Assembly: GCA_964016885.1 (NCBI GenBank)
Contig: OZ024741.1
Span: 380,742,001-380,806,000 of the forward strand
DNA from: Eledone cirrhosa
Taxonomy: Eukaryota
Direction: 5' to 3'
Length of the DNA: 64,000 bases
Of this stretch, positions 39,923-52,426 are shown piece by piece (within the stretch, counting starts at the first letter, position 1; the number at the start of each line of letters is the position of its first letter). The notes under the pieces are model-generated. The model was given only the letters and a program-made list of their open reading frames with translations. It was not told where the DNA came from and did no database searches. The translations under genes and the position numbers were made by a program.

Positions 39923-42544
39923 CGAAGGAAATGTGGTAAGGAACCAGGTGGACCATAACGCACCAAAGTATTCAATACTTAGGGTAGTAGAGTGGGTAAT
40001 AGGAACTAGTAGGACCCCGACGGCTGAGCTCAAGCCGTTTCGACGGCTATTTCTGGACTAAATGAAGATTTTTATCCTGGTATTTGAATAGCCGAGCTTC
40101 TCAGGGGGTAATTCCATATATGGTAAAAGTGATTATCACAAGGATTGGTCAACTCACCGATATGTTTCCTGCATTCGGCGGTGGAGTGTACCGTGATGAT
40201 AGGCTCCTTACCCTTAAAGGGTACGACCCCAGTAGTACAGACCGGGTCCGTAAACAATTAATCAGCTTCTCCTGCGACTGGCGATTTTAAATAACCCTAC
40301 AAACGTCCCTGACCCGAGTAAACTTCCTGGACGTTACCCTTGACCTCGATAATGATCTGTACTACCCATACAGGAAACCCAATGACAACCTGCACTACTT
40401 CCACCGCCGGTCAAATCATCCTAGGAACATCACCAATAACCTGGTTAAAAACATCTCCCTCCGCATATCTCGTTTGTCCGCTAATGAGCAGATATTCGAG
40501 AAACATGCGCCTTATTACAATCAGGCCCTCAAGCGGAGTGGCTTCCGGGAGGAAATATCCTACTGTCCAGCTTCCATTAGCGGAACCAGCAGACGACACC
40601 GCCGCTCACGCAATGTAACATGGTTCAATCCTCCTCGCAACACCGATGTGACATACTCCTATCGGGAAAATCTTCTTTAGGCTCATCGAAAAACACTCCC
40701 CTCTACGACACCGCTACCACAACATAATCAACAAAAATACCATCAAACTCTCCTACAGCACCACACCAAACTTTGCACAAAACACCGTCTCCTCTAACAA
40801 CAAAAATCTCAACCCCTATGGAAGAAATAACCTAAATTGCAGTGGAGAGCCGACCAGGAGGTGCAACTGTCCTGATGGATCCATTTTCCCCCTCGACAAC
40901 AGATGCAGAGATCGTAATGTGATCTACCAGTGCAACGTGAGGACGGACACCTCCAACAAAGCTTATATAGGATTATCCGCATGTGACTTCAAGACCCGGC
41001 TATACCAACACTGACATACTTTCCGAAACCCGGCCCGGCTTCACGCCACCACACTTTCGGGCCACATCTGGGACCGCAAAGATAACAATATTACCTATGA
41101 TCTCACTTGGAGCTTACTGTCCAGAGCCAAATCTCACACGGGAGGACGCCGTCCGTAAAATTTATGCTCGGAGGAAACTTTACAAATGCTATTTTCGACG
41201 GACCAACTCCTAAAAAGAAAGACGAACTGGTAACTGCATGCAAACACAGATTACGTAGGACTTACTTCTCCCTCAAACCCCATAATGACCCGGGAGAGGG
41301 GGGGTAGACAAGGGCTGTAACACCCCACTTGCCGACTTTGTAATGGGTAACCCCTGCTTGCAAAGGTAGACGTAAGATCTTCCTTTATATCTTTTTATCG
41401 TTTCCTCTATATTTCCTTCTTCCCCCCATCCCTTCCTAGTCCTTCCACCCCAGTCCTCCTTCTTTGTCGTCGTCCTTTTCACTTTCTCGCCCACCCGAGG
41501 CAGCCCCTCGGTCCTTTGTAGCCTCAGGTCTTTGTACCCCCATCCCCTATTCTATGATAGAATTGGCCGACTCCGCTTTTTAAAGCAGATGTGATAGACC
41601 CCAGATACTTGCTTTCTTATCCGATGGCTGCCCCATTTCCGTGCTTTCTACATTTCTTAGTGGTATCTCTGCTTTAATTTCTCGTATATCAGTATTTTTT
41701 TTGGGGGGGGGGGATTCTGAATTAATTTTCCGTATCAAATTTTTCATATACTTCGTACGAGCATTTATGTAGTTTGCACTAGAATTTTTGTATCGTAGCG
41801 GCACCCTTAGAGATAGTATTAGTATTCATTTTCGGGATTCTGAATTATTATTTCGTATTAGTTTACTTTTTGCACTGGGTGGTTGCTGGCCTTGTGCCTA
41901 GGGTAGAAACAATTATTTCGTATTAGTTTCGGGACTCTGAATTATTATTTCGTGGTAGTTTCTTTAGTATTTTGGCCCCCCACTTGTTGACCTGTCACCG
42001 TAAGATATACTCGGTTGATTACTACTAACTCTTAAAATGGTCTCACTACAATTCCGTCCCACCTAGTAAACTTTTCTATAGTTTAGCAGTAACAGTGAGA
42101 GACTTGATGACTGTGGGTAGGGAATAGTAACCAGAATTTGTTTTTTTTTATATTTTTAACATTCTTGGTATTCTTCTATATATTTACTCCATATTGATTT
42201 ACTTATTGTTTCGACTTCCTCCCCCTCCCCCTCCCTAGTATACTTGCTTGACCTCCTGCTCTGCTGTAGTTGGCACTATCAACGCACGACTGGGTTTCTT
42301 CCACTCCCTCTCCCTCTTTCTTCTACTGGCAGGTTCAGCTACCCCTTCCTTCCACAAATTGCCATGATAGAATTATGTGTCTCAACAACAAACTTTTGAC
42401 CAATCCTTGTGACAATCACTTTTACCATATATGGAATTACCCCCTGAGAAGGTCGGCTATTCATATACCAGGATAAAAATGTTCATTTAGTCTAGAATTA
42501 GCCGTCGAAACGGCTTGAGCTCAGCCGTCGGGGTCCTACTAGTT

Positions 42545-42548
<4 letters not shown>
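39921..42548 (+). mobile_element. 5'-truncated Naiad-type PLE with an inverted terminal repeat at its 5' end
   Basis: Inverted repeat 39921-40152; ORF remnant 40153-41290 with GVYRDD, NFLDVTL, PYRKPN, SNHP, WFNPP, SYS..PN, CNC..PL..C, VIYQC..AYIG (GIY-YIG), NLC..E; hammerheads at 40014-40109 (-) and 42439-42534 (+); (TA)n flanks. Confidence 0.9.
41865..41912 (+). mobile_element. SINE 3' stub inside the Naiad UTR
   Basis: tgcactgggt..ttgctggccttgtgccta..gtagaaaca flanked by duplicated attatttcgtattagttt. Confidence 0.7.
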
Positions 42549-42581
<33 letters not shown>

Positions 42582-42662
42582 CTCTCTATACATACACACA
42601 CACATATAAGGATCTCCCCTTACATTGAGAACTCTCATGTTTAGTGGTGTCGCTGCAATCTA

Positions 42663-42730
<68 letters not shown>

Positions 42731-43309
42731 CATGCATACATACATAGATAAATATTTTCTCCATAAAGTTTCCATAATACGTGAGTGGTAATGATAGGCA
42801 GTATAATACAATTTATAAATAATTTATTGTTAGCATATGGCATAGCTATTATAGTTACTTAGAAATATATCTATGATTTTTATTTTTATTTCCACCATAT
42901 TTATTTTGAAATGTTGAAATACTTGCTTATTTGCCTTGATTGTTCTCTTGAAAATTATTGCTTAGGGTTTGATTCATGACAATCAAATATAACATTATCA
43001 CTTCATAATCAAATTCTCATGACAAGTACATTTGAATTCTTATGAATTCATTAATAGTTTAAGATCGTATTGTTTTTTTTTCCCCGCTCTGGAAAAGTCT
43101 ATTATTATATAACAGCACAATTGCAAATGTTTCTATCGAGATAAAATAGATTGAAAGCAGGTTTTTACTTTGCAGTATGCTAAATATTTTCAAGGTGTAA
43201 TAGATTTAATTTTGAATTCTGAAATAGAAAAAAATAAATGATAACATATCTTACATTTCTTTATAACTATTATATCTATTGTTTCCTGCATGTATCATCA
43301 GGATCTTGA

Positions 43310-44243
43310 TCATCATAATCATTATCATCATATTCATCATCACTGTTCTATGTTTGCATTAGTTGGATGGGTCAGCGTAGCATCTCTATACTTCTTATGT
43401 TCCTTCACCACCTTCATTCAGGTTTTCCTCTACTATAGCTTCCCTTCACTTGAATTGCTTGGCATTTCTTCACTCAACAATCATCATCCAAATGACAATA
43501 CCATTGCTGTTTTCACTCTATGATACCTCTTATATCTAGTTTCTCTCTCAGTTCATCCATGCTTTGTCATCTTTATGCATTAACATTGCATATCCATTGA
43601 ATCATTGTTGCTTCATTTTTCTCCAGTCTTTGTATATCCTCTGTATCCACTGCCCGTGTCTCCCTACCATGCAGCATCGCACAACCTTTTGTTGTCAACA
43701 GAGGTAGTAGCTCCTTAAACCTCTTCTATCTTGTTCATATTCAAGCTACTATGTTTCCAAAGTACCCTCCTCTACTGCTAATTATATCACCTAGGTAGCA
43801 GAAGCTATCAACCAATTCTATGGGTCCTTTGTGGGATTGGAAAAGGTTTATATCAGTGGCACTCTTACTATCAACAGACCGTGAACATCTAAAACATGCA
43901 ATATCTTCCTTTCCTGTTAATCTGCCTGCTATCCTACTACATCTCTTTAGTACCCAAGATTTGCATTGTGTACATCATACACAGATTATGCCCACTACTT
44001 TTCTACATATTGAGCAAGGCCACTCCCCTGGTGGAATCAGGGCCCTATCTTTGTTCCTACTTATTAAAACTTTGCTTTTAGCTAAGTTTACTCTTAGTTC
44101 ATTTGATTCTAAGTTCTGTTTTCACAGTCAAAATTTATTCTCTAGTTCTTCCATAGATTCAGCTGTAAGAACCAGATCATTGACATACAGAAGTTCTCAT
44201 GGACAATCAGTCTTAATCTCCTCTGTTATGGCCTGAAGGACTA
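43310..44243 (-). mobile_element. Older RTE subfamily, 3' part
   Basis: Minus strand gives LQAITEE, ELLY..DL, WPCSICRK..CV.C..W...C, FCYLGD. Confidence 0.8.
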
Positions 44244-46230
44244 TCATCATCACCATTTTACATCCTTTCTTCCACGCTAGCATGGGTTAGACAGGTTGTC
44301 CTGTTGTGGGCAATACCAGGTCAGGTGACCACGTCTTGCTTATACAGAACTAATTTTGGCTTGCTTTCTACAGCCGGATGCCCTTCCTAACACTAACCTC
44401 ATTTACAGTGAGTACTCGGGGCTTTTTTACTGTGGCACCTACATGACCTCTTTACAGTGTGGACTGAGTGCTTTTTTGTTGTGACACCTACACGACCATT
44501 TTACAGTGGGAGGGGTGGGAGGCATACTGTTGATACACTTCAGCTTTGGCTTGTACCCATGGAAAGTTCTTGGTCCTGTCTCATCACCTTTGAGAGGTGC
44601 AACTGGGTAAGGTCAGCTTTTATTACCTCATGCCAGGTCTTCTAGCCCCCCCCCCCACTCCAAGGCGTTCAATCGACTTTAAGTGCTCTGCACCTTTTTG
44701 TACAGCTGTCATACTTCATATGCATCACATGTCCATACCAATGTAATCTCCTCTCCTGCACACTGCATTTTACTCCTCTTATGCTTAATCTTTCTCTCAA
44801 TTCGTTCATGCTTTGCTGTTCACTTATATTACTATTACACATCCAGCGGAGCATGCAAGCTTTGTTTCTTTGTAATCTACACAAGACTTCTGCATACAAT
44901 ACCCAGGTCTCACTATCATGTAACATTGCTGTTCATTTGCATGCATCATACTGTCTGCCTTTCATTTTGAGGGGAAAGCCTTTTGCAGCTAGCAGTAGTA
45001 GTAGCTCCCAGAACTTCTTCCATCCTGTTCTTACCCTGGTTACTGTACTTTCAGCTCTGCTAATAATTCAGTCACCTAGGTAGCAGCAGCTGTCTATGTT
45101 TCTACAGAGCCCTCCCAGAATTTGGTAGCGCTTGTTTCCTGTGGCCGTTTGCTGCTTACTGTCCCACTACATCTCTTGTGTACCCATAGTTTGCATTTGA
45201 GGAAGAGGAACAGAAATGGGTTAAGAAGTGAAAATTCATGCAGTTGTACCTTTACCATGAGTTCCATATTAAACTCTCTGCCTATTCTCACTTTACTGAC
45301 AACTCCTCTGTACAAGGCTTGCACCACTCTCACAAGCCAATGTACCTAGGTTATTTAATGACCACTAGATGGTAGATTGTGGTAATCTCTCCAAAACCAT
45401 CTCAAGATCAACAAAAGCTAGATACAGTGGCGTACTCTTATCTAAGAACTTCTCTTGTAGTTGTCTGACACAAAGAGGGCATCTGTGGTGCTTTCCCTGG
45501 CATACAACCAAACTGCATCTCATCTAATTTGACTCTTTCCCTAATCATTTGTGCTAGAAGTCTTTCTGTCTCATTCATAACTTTTATTCCCTTGTAGTTA
45601 CTCCCTTCTAGGGCATCCCTGTTGTATTTGTAGCAATTACAGATTATACTGATGCACCCGTCATTGGGTATGACTGTCCATAATGGTCTATTGAAGATCC
45701 AGGTGACTAGTTTAAAACCTACTACCCCAGACACTTTCAGCATCTTAGTGACTATCTCAGATAGTCCAGTGGCTTTACCATTTTCCATCTCATTGATTGC
45801 TTCTTTGACCCTATAGCACTGAAGATCAATAGCTGATCCCTCTGTTGGGTCAGATAGGAGTTGTTTTCCTTCCCTCCATTCCATCTCCACATCCTTATAG
45901 TAGAATTTCAAGGCCACTTTCTTTTGAGCATCACTGAAGTTAAGTGCACCTGTATCATTTCAAACATACTTTTCTGCAACAATATCCTGATTCACTGAGA
46001 CACTGTCATGCAAAGCAGAATACTTTATGTCTGATTTTCAAGTCACAGGACATCAGAATGCCTGCTTCTTTCAGCCTCTTTAATGTTAATGCTACGCATA
46101 CCTTTTGTCTAACCTCTCCTTTAGCTAACCGCTTCTGGTCTCAGCTGGCTACATTTTTCCAGTCTTTCCATACTGGCCTCTTGGATTTAATGTACTATTC
46201 ACTGTACTATTCAACCACCAGATCATTCTC
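44244..46230 (-). mobile_element. RTE LINE, decayed and internally deleted
   Basis: LDEMQFG, HDSETW, ERRLHWYGHV; 3' UTR and (CAT)n at the left end. Confidence 0.9.
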
Positions 46231-48732
46231 TGTCAGCCTTATGTATAGATATATATATATATATATACATATATATATAGATATAGATATATATCAAAAT
46301 ATATTATTCTGATACAGTTACACCATAAAAACTTCAATCCCAATTTTCAGAATATCATTTACACAATAATATTCATATTTAGTAAAACAAAGCATAGTAA
46401 GTAAAAATACATTTAAAGGCAAACTCAATTTTACTTACATTATAATTAGTAAATTCAATTATATTGCTTACACTGCTGATTCTCACAACAAGGAAAAAAG
46501 TATTAATTACAATAATTAAAATGGTTAATCAGTAAATTAAGACTATTTATCCCCACCAGTAAGCTTGATTTAAAGATAAATAAGCTTACACAAAGGAATT
46601 TGAATGAATTTAATTGCGTTAGTATGAAAGCTACATAGATGAGTAACTTCACCATTCAAAATCTCACATGGTTTAATAAAAAAAAAACCCACAAGTCTTT
46701 TTGCTTACTATGCTTTATTTTAGTATATACAAATATTTTTATACCTCAATTATATTGTGTATATATATGTATATATATGTATGTATGTATTGTTAGCATA
46801 ACTAAGTCAGCATTAAACATAAGAGGGATGTATATAAAAGCATATATTACTTGTTCATTTACAATAAACATATGTGAGCTTTACTATCAAAGAAAAAATA
46901 TCATTTCATTAGGAAAAAGTTATTTTTCTCTCTTTTGCTCTGTGAACATGTCACAGATATCTCAATAACAGCCGAAAATGCCAGATAGGGCTCTTTCAAG
47001 ATTTGTTAAACATCTGTCAGTTACTCAACTGGTACTGAGATGCAAACTAGACTAGAGTCTATATTTTGCATGATGAACATTTGCTGGATATGCTCATTTT
47101 CATATAGTAAATAGAAAACAACAGCTGAAAATGCCCATTTACATATAGTATGAACTTGACTATGATTAATTGGCAGTAGCAGTAACACAGCATTAAGAGT
47201 AATAGAAGGGTATATGAACGTATGTATTGAAGTTCTCTTTACCCATATGTATCAGGCAAAAATATCCCTTACCCTACAGATATTCCTGCTTCAACATTTT
47301 TCTGGGGATATTTTTGTCAAATAAAAATTTAAATTACAAATTCTGTAGTTAGACGTATGCTAAAATTAATCCCTACTCATTATGGCCATTGGTCTGGACA
47401 AGAGTAAATAATATCGGAACAATGTTTCAGTTGCTTGATCAATGGACAAGATTACTCATGGAATTATTGTGTAAATAACTGAGCATGTACTCTTAACCTA
47501 TATCTCAGGGAGATTTAGAATGACACCATAGATGACAAGGTTGTTGACCCTTTTAATTATAAGCACAGTCCACCTGATGAGCTTCCAAGCAGTCTCATCT
47601 ATCCAACATCATTGAAAAAGCTTGAGTTAATCCATGACCATTTTAAATAACTGTTGCCCAAGGTACCTTATGACTGCAAAGTGAACCTCTTAATTATTTG
47701 ACCCTGTTGTGTCTACAATATTACACAATCAAAAATAATTATTTTACTTTAAATGAAACATAGAAGCCAAAGTGGGAGCCTCTATTCATTTGCTTACCTT
47801 GGTAGAAACTGTGGACAAATCTCCTTGAATTACACTTGATTGTCTTAGGCAAAGGAAGGGCATGTCAGATATTGCAGTGCTTATACACTATAACACTATA
47901 TTAAAAAGTGAGATGGTCATGGCTGGAATGTCTTTGATCAAAAGTCTGCTAGATCAGAGCTGACATGGGGCTAAATGCCACCACCACCACCAACAACAAC
48001 AGCAACAAAAACAACAAATATAACATAGAAATACTTTCACTAGTGATCATCTCTTGAAATATTTAGACCAAATATTTGTTGTGATCTTCAAATAAAATAT
48101 CTCCTTTCAAATACTTAATGGATATTGGTTTAGTTAATCCTGTTTATGAACAAAACCTATATACACACACTTTTAAGAGAAATCTCATATCACTGATTGA
48201 AAAACGTAATGCAATTATAAAGGAAAGTCTGGAAATGTTGTTTAACCCAAGGTCAACCCTAATTGAGCAAGCATATGATCAAAGCAGTGATGGAAATAGG
48301 AGGAAGCAGGAATATACAGAGTTATGATGTTCCCCCACTTTTCCGTTTTCATGGGGAGGAGTAGCTTCTACTCCACCTTTAGGCTCACTGATCTTAATTT
48401 CTATAACTTCTCGGCCTCACAGACATAATTTCTAAAATCCATCACTTGTTCAAAGATATTCCAACTTTGTCTACTCCATCTCTTTCATAAATCTGGAAAT
48501 ATACTGCTTAATATATGCTTTCATTTTAGGATGGTACTGTGTGATTTCATGTGGATTTGGCTACTATGTATAGCTGGGTAAGCAATCATATACAGGCAAC
48601 TTTGCAAATGAATAATTTTCAGTTTGTACTTTGTATATCTTTCCTTTAGATAGAGTAATCATGTTTACTCTCATGGTGAAATTTCAGCCCCACTGAGTGG
48701 GATTCAGAATGAAATTGAAAATATGATAGATA

Positions 48733-48835
48733 TAATTGTTTCTACATTTGGCACAAGGCCAGCAATTACCCAGTACATTACTGGTACTTTATTTTATATT
48801 TCCGTAAGAATGAAAGGCAAAGTTAACCTCGGTGG
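48733..48835 (-). mobile_element. tRNA-SINE 3' half
   Basis: Matches the 9284 family in reverse. Confidence 0.85.
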
Positions 48836-49249
48836 AGATATAATGATGGTAAAATTTTTGCTGGTCTGTCACTTACTTGAAGTACATTGTCAACATTGTG
48901 TTTGTGAATTTGTTTTTTATATGGGAGGATGCCATGTCAACACTGTGTACTAACACAACACACTTATTAATTATACAATATGCTGCACATCGCTATAATA
49001 GTAAATTGCACTTTTTCTCAATATTAGATTACAACAATTAGGACTTGGTCATTAAGCATTAAATGCCATGCGCGTGGACAGCGAGCAATATTGGCAATAA
49101 GATGATAAAACGTTGGTAAAAAAACAATAATGTTTGACTTATCACATCTCACTTTTCTCCCTCTTCAGAGCTTAGCTTCTCTCACAACAGCATGATAACA
49201 TTTTTGTCTAGTATGTGCGTGTATGTTGTTGGGCCTCAATCATTTCTGC

Positions 49250-50010
49250 TAACAAGTGCTCCTATTCATTCAACTAATGGAAATGCATGCTTGTGAAATT
49301 GACGTTTAAGTGGCTGAGCATTCTAAAGGTAAGTGCATTCTTAATGTAATTCTCAGGGAGTTTTAGCTTGATAGAATATGAGTCTAGGCTTGCCCTTTGA
49401 ATTACAGGCACAACTCATTTATGTCAGGTGAGTGGCCTGGAGTTTCATGAAATAAAGTGCCTTGCTTAAGGACACAATGTGCTGCCAGTCAAGGATTGAA
49501 CTCAGAACCTTATAATTATGAGCTGAACAGCAAAACTACAAAGCCATACATGAAGGCGTGTGGCTCAACGGTTAGGTGCTGAGCTCATGATCAGCGGGCC
49601 ATGAGTGAGTTCAATTTCCGAAATAACTTCAGTAATTCTCTCCAAATTCTTAAATCATTAATTCAGATAGTGTATTTCATTAGAAATATATTAATGAAAG
49701 TATTAAATAGATTTCATTTTTTCAACAATCTGACATTATAATGTCAATGTAATCATTTACATAGTCTTACATCTATGCCCATGACCTTTGCAGGACTATC
49801 TACACTGATGAGAGGATGTTTTAATTATTGTCTAATCCACTGTTATCTCTTAAGGTACATGACTTAGAAGTTAGAGCATCAAGCTTACGATAATGAGTTT
49901 GTGGGTTTGATTCCAAAATCAGGTGATGCATTGTGTCATTGAGCAAGACACTATTTCATGCCACCCTAGTTTACTCAACTGTAGAAATGATTTGCAATGT
50001 CAGTGGTGCC
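49250..50010. mobile_element. Cluster of older CORE-like tRNA SINEs
   Basis: tgtgtc(a/c)tt(g/a)agcaag(a/g)cact motif on - (~49456) and + (~49933); tRNA-like heads at 49555 and 49855. Confidence 0.55.
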
Positions 50011-50213
50011 AGAATCAGTACCCGTCCCACCCTTGCAAGCAGGGAAAAGCGGACGTAAAATGAAATGATGATGAATGATGATATCTGATGGAGTGTCTGC
50101 AATGGTTGTTAGATACTGAAGTTTCTTTTTTGTCTTAAAACTTGAACTTTCACATTCTATTTTAACAGTTAGCTGTGTGGTTCACTTGCAACATTTACTG
50201 GTAAAATATAATA

Positions 50214-50412
50214 ATGGTTTCTTATATAGGCACAAGGCCAGTAATTTGGGGGGAGGGGAAAGTCGATTAAATCGACCCCAGTGCGTGACTGGTACTTTAT
50301 TTTATCGACCCCATAAGGATGAAAGGCAAAGTTAACCTCGGCGGGATTTGAGCTCAGATCATAAAGAGCCATAACTCTATGCTGCAAAGCATGGTGTCCA
50401 ACCCTCTACCGG
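50214..50412 (-). mobile_element. tRNA-derived SINE
   Basis: 16-bp TSD ctggtaaaatataata at 50198 and 50413. Confidence 0.9.
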
Positions 50413-50429
50413 CTGGTAAAATATAATAT

Positions 50430-50983
50430 TGTCAGCCTTAGTGATGTACTGAAGTTAGTTATTAAAACTGTTGAACAAGCTAAAATTGAATGCTTTGCCT
50501 TAACGAATTTTCCATTTTCTGAGCCTTGACAATGTTGATGGCTATGTCAAGCTTCTGTACCACACAGAAGTAAAATGGTTGTCAAAAGACAACTGCGTTT
50601 TCCGTTTTGTTAAACTGTTTCATACAATGATAATTTTTTTTCAAAAACACTCCACTAACAACTTCTCTGACTGCTTCAAAATGCTTAACGTTACCATAAA
50701 GTAACCTTTACCACATGATTAAATTATATCCTTTATAATTGAATTTAATAAAATGGAGTTTTAAATGGTCAAGTTTGCTTTCATTTATTCTTTAATATGG
50801 TGTTGGCAGTAGCAGTCACATACATTAGCATTATTTGTTACACCACTTTAGGTTTTTTTACATCATAAAAAATCATTTAACATAATGGTACAAAATAATT
50901 TTGGTATGCTTTTGAATATCTACCATACAGTTGGGTTTTCCATGTGAAAGTGGGTGATCATGCAAAAAAGTTGGAAAGCCCTG
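50430..50983 (+). pseudogene. hAT (Charlie/Buster-like) remnant
   Basis: LLYHTEVKWLS at 50552; right end ...aaagttggaaagccctg resembles a CAGGG-type TIR. Confidence 0.65.
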
Positions 50984-51053
50984 ATATATATATATAGCAA
51001 CATCATCATTTAAAATCTATTTTCACTGCTAGCAAGGGTTGTATATCTATCTA

Positions 51054-51092
<39 letters not shown>

Positions 51093-51294
51093 TCATCATC
51101 ATCATCATCATCATCGTTTAACATCCATTTTCCACGCTAGCATGGGTCTGGACGGGAATTGTTACACTTGAGGCAAGATTGGTTGTCTTGCTCAGGACTG
51201 TCTGGCGGGTTTTCTTCCTAACACCAACCACGTTTACAGTGTGGACTGGGAGGTTTTTAACATGTTATCTACACAGCCTGTTACCTACACGGCC

Positions 51295-51325
<31 letters not shown>

Positions 51326-51414
51326 ATGTAGGAGGTGAGTTTTATTGTAGTACAATAAAGCAATGCAGATATCGGATAAGAAGCACTCTACAGTTTGTAG
51401 GACTGGAGTATGCG

Positions 51415-51753
51415 TAATATAAGATCAAAAGATGGTTAAAGGAGTTCCATGTATTTTATTATGCGCATTTCAAAAACAAACATCATCATGCAATAATATT
51501 TGTGTTTTCATCAGATAAAACAGGAGAACATGATATGAAGGCTAAAAAACACTTGTGGATAGTGCAGTTTTAAATCAACACTTTTCATATGTTGATTTAA
51601 AACTGCACTATCCACAAGTGTTTTTTAGCCTTCATATCATGTTCTCCTGTTTTATCTGATGAAAACACAAATATTATTGCATGATGATGTTTGTTTTTGA
51701 AATGCGCATAATAAAATACATGGAACTCCTTTAACCATCTTTTGATCTTATAT

Positions 51754-51755
<2 letters not shown>
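51415..51755. repeat. Perfect 166-bp inverted repeat with 9-nt spacer (PLE fold-back)
   Basis: 51415-51580 is the reverse complement of 51590-51755; the left arm has an extra tail 51327-51414. Confidence 0.92.
51650..51716 (+). ncRNA. Type I hammerhead ribozyme motif
   Basis: ttttat CTGATGA [long stem II] GAAA t-gcgc-a TA ataaaa; mirror copy at 51454-51520 (-). Confidence 0.82.
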
Positions 51756-51798
<43 letters not shown>

Positions 51799-51893
51799 GT
51801 AGAACACTGGAAGGTAATATCCATAGTGGTAGAGCACTCAGTTCATGGGACGAGTTAGGTAGAAGTGGTTACACAACAGTTAGTTCACCATAC

Positions 51894-51976
51894 CAAGAAC
51901 AATTGTTTCACCTTAGCGGATCCTCAGCTCGTAAATTACAAGCTGAGGATCCGCTAAGGTGAAACAATTGTTCTCG
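51894..51976. ncRNA. Back-to-back minimal hammerhead motifs (51894-51931 -, 51939-51976 +)
   Basis: c(g/a)ag CTGAGGA t-cc-gctaa-gg-t GAAA c-aatt-g TT ct(c/t)g inside 75-bp inverted arms 51860-51934/51936-52010. Confidence 0.72.
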
Positions 51977-52005
51977 GTACAGTGAACTAACTGCTGTGTA
52001 ACCAC

Positions 52006-52057
<52 letters not shown>

Positions 52058-52426
52058 TCTCCTCCTCTCTCTTACACTATTATTTGTGTTGTTTTATTTA
52101 TCAGTTCGCTTTCTCTTCAAAGTCACCTACTCCTATCTGTCTATTTTGCCATCACATGCTACAGGCCATGATTTGGCTACCTACCTCACATTATCCCTCA
52201 CACCACCATAGCCTATTCAACTAATCAAACCTCAGCATGCCACCCCCCACCCACTACCAACCCCAACAAACCCTGCCATTTCTACTACTACCTACCTCTC
52301 TCCTCCCCCATCCCAGCCCAACACACCCTGCGATTATTACCACCACCACTGTTCTTCTAGCCCTGAATTTTCCTACCGTTATGTATGGATGAGCTGAGAA
52401 TAAATGGAGCAACTCTGAATTAATAA

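Noticed and set aside
41012-41158. In-frame stops in the Naiad ORF as selenocysteine codons
   Set aside because: The TGA is at a probable Arg (CGA) position. The stop at the Cys position is TAA and reads TGT in the 30.5-kb copy. No convincing SECIS was seen.
47575-49815. Isolated CTGATGA heptamers at ~47576 and ~49805
   Set aside because: No matching GAAA, stem III or stem I found.
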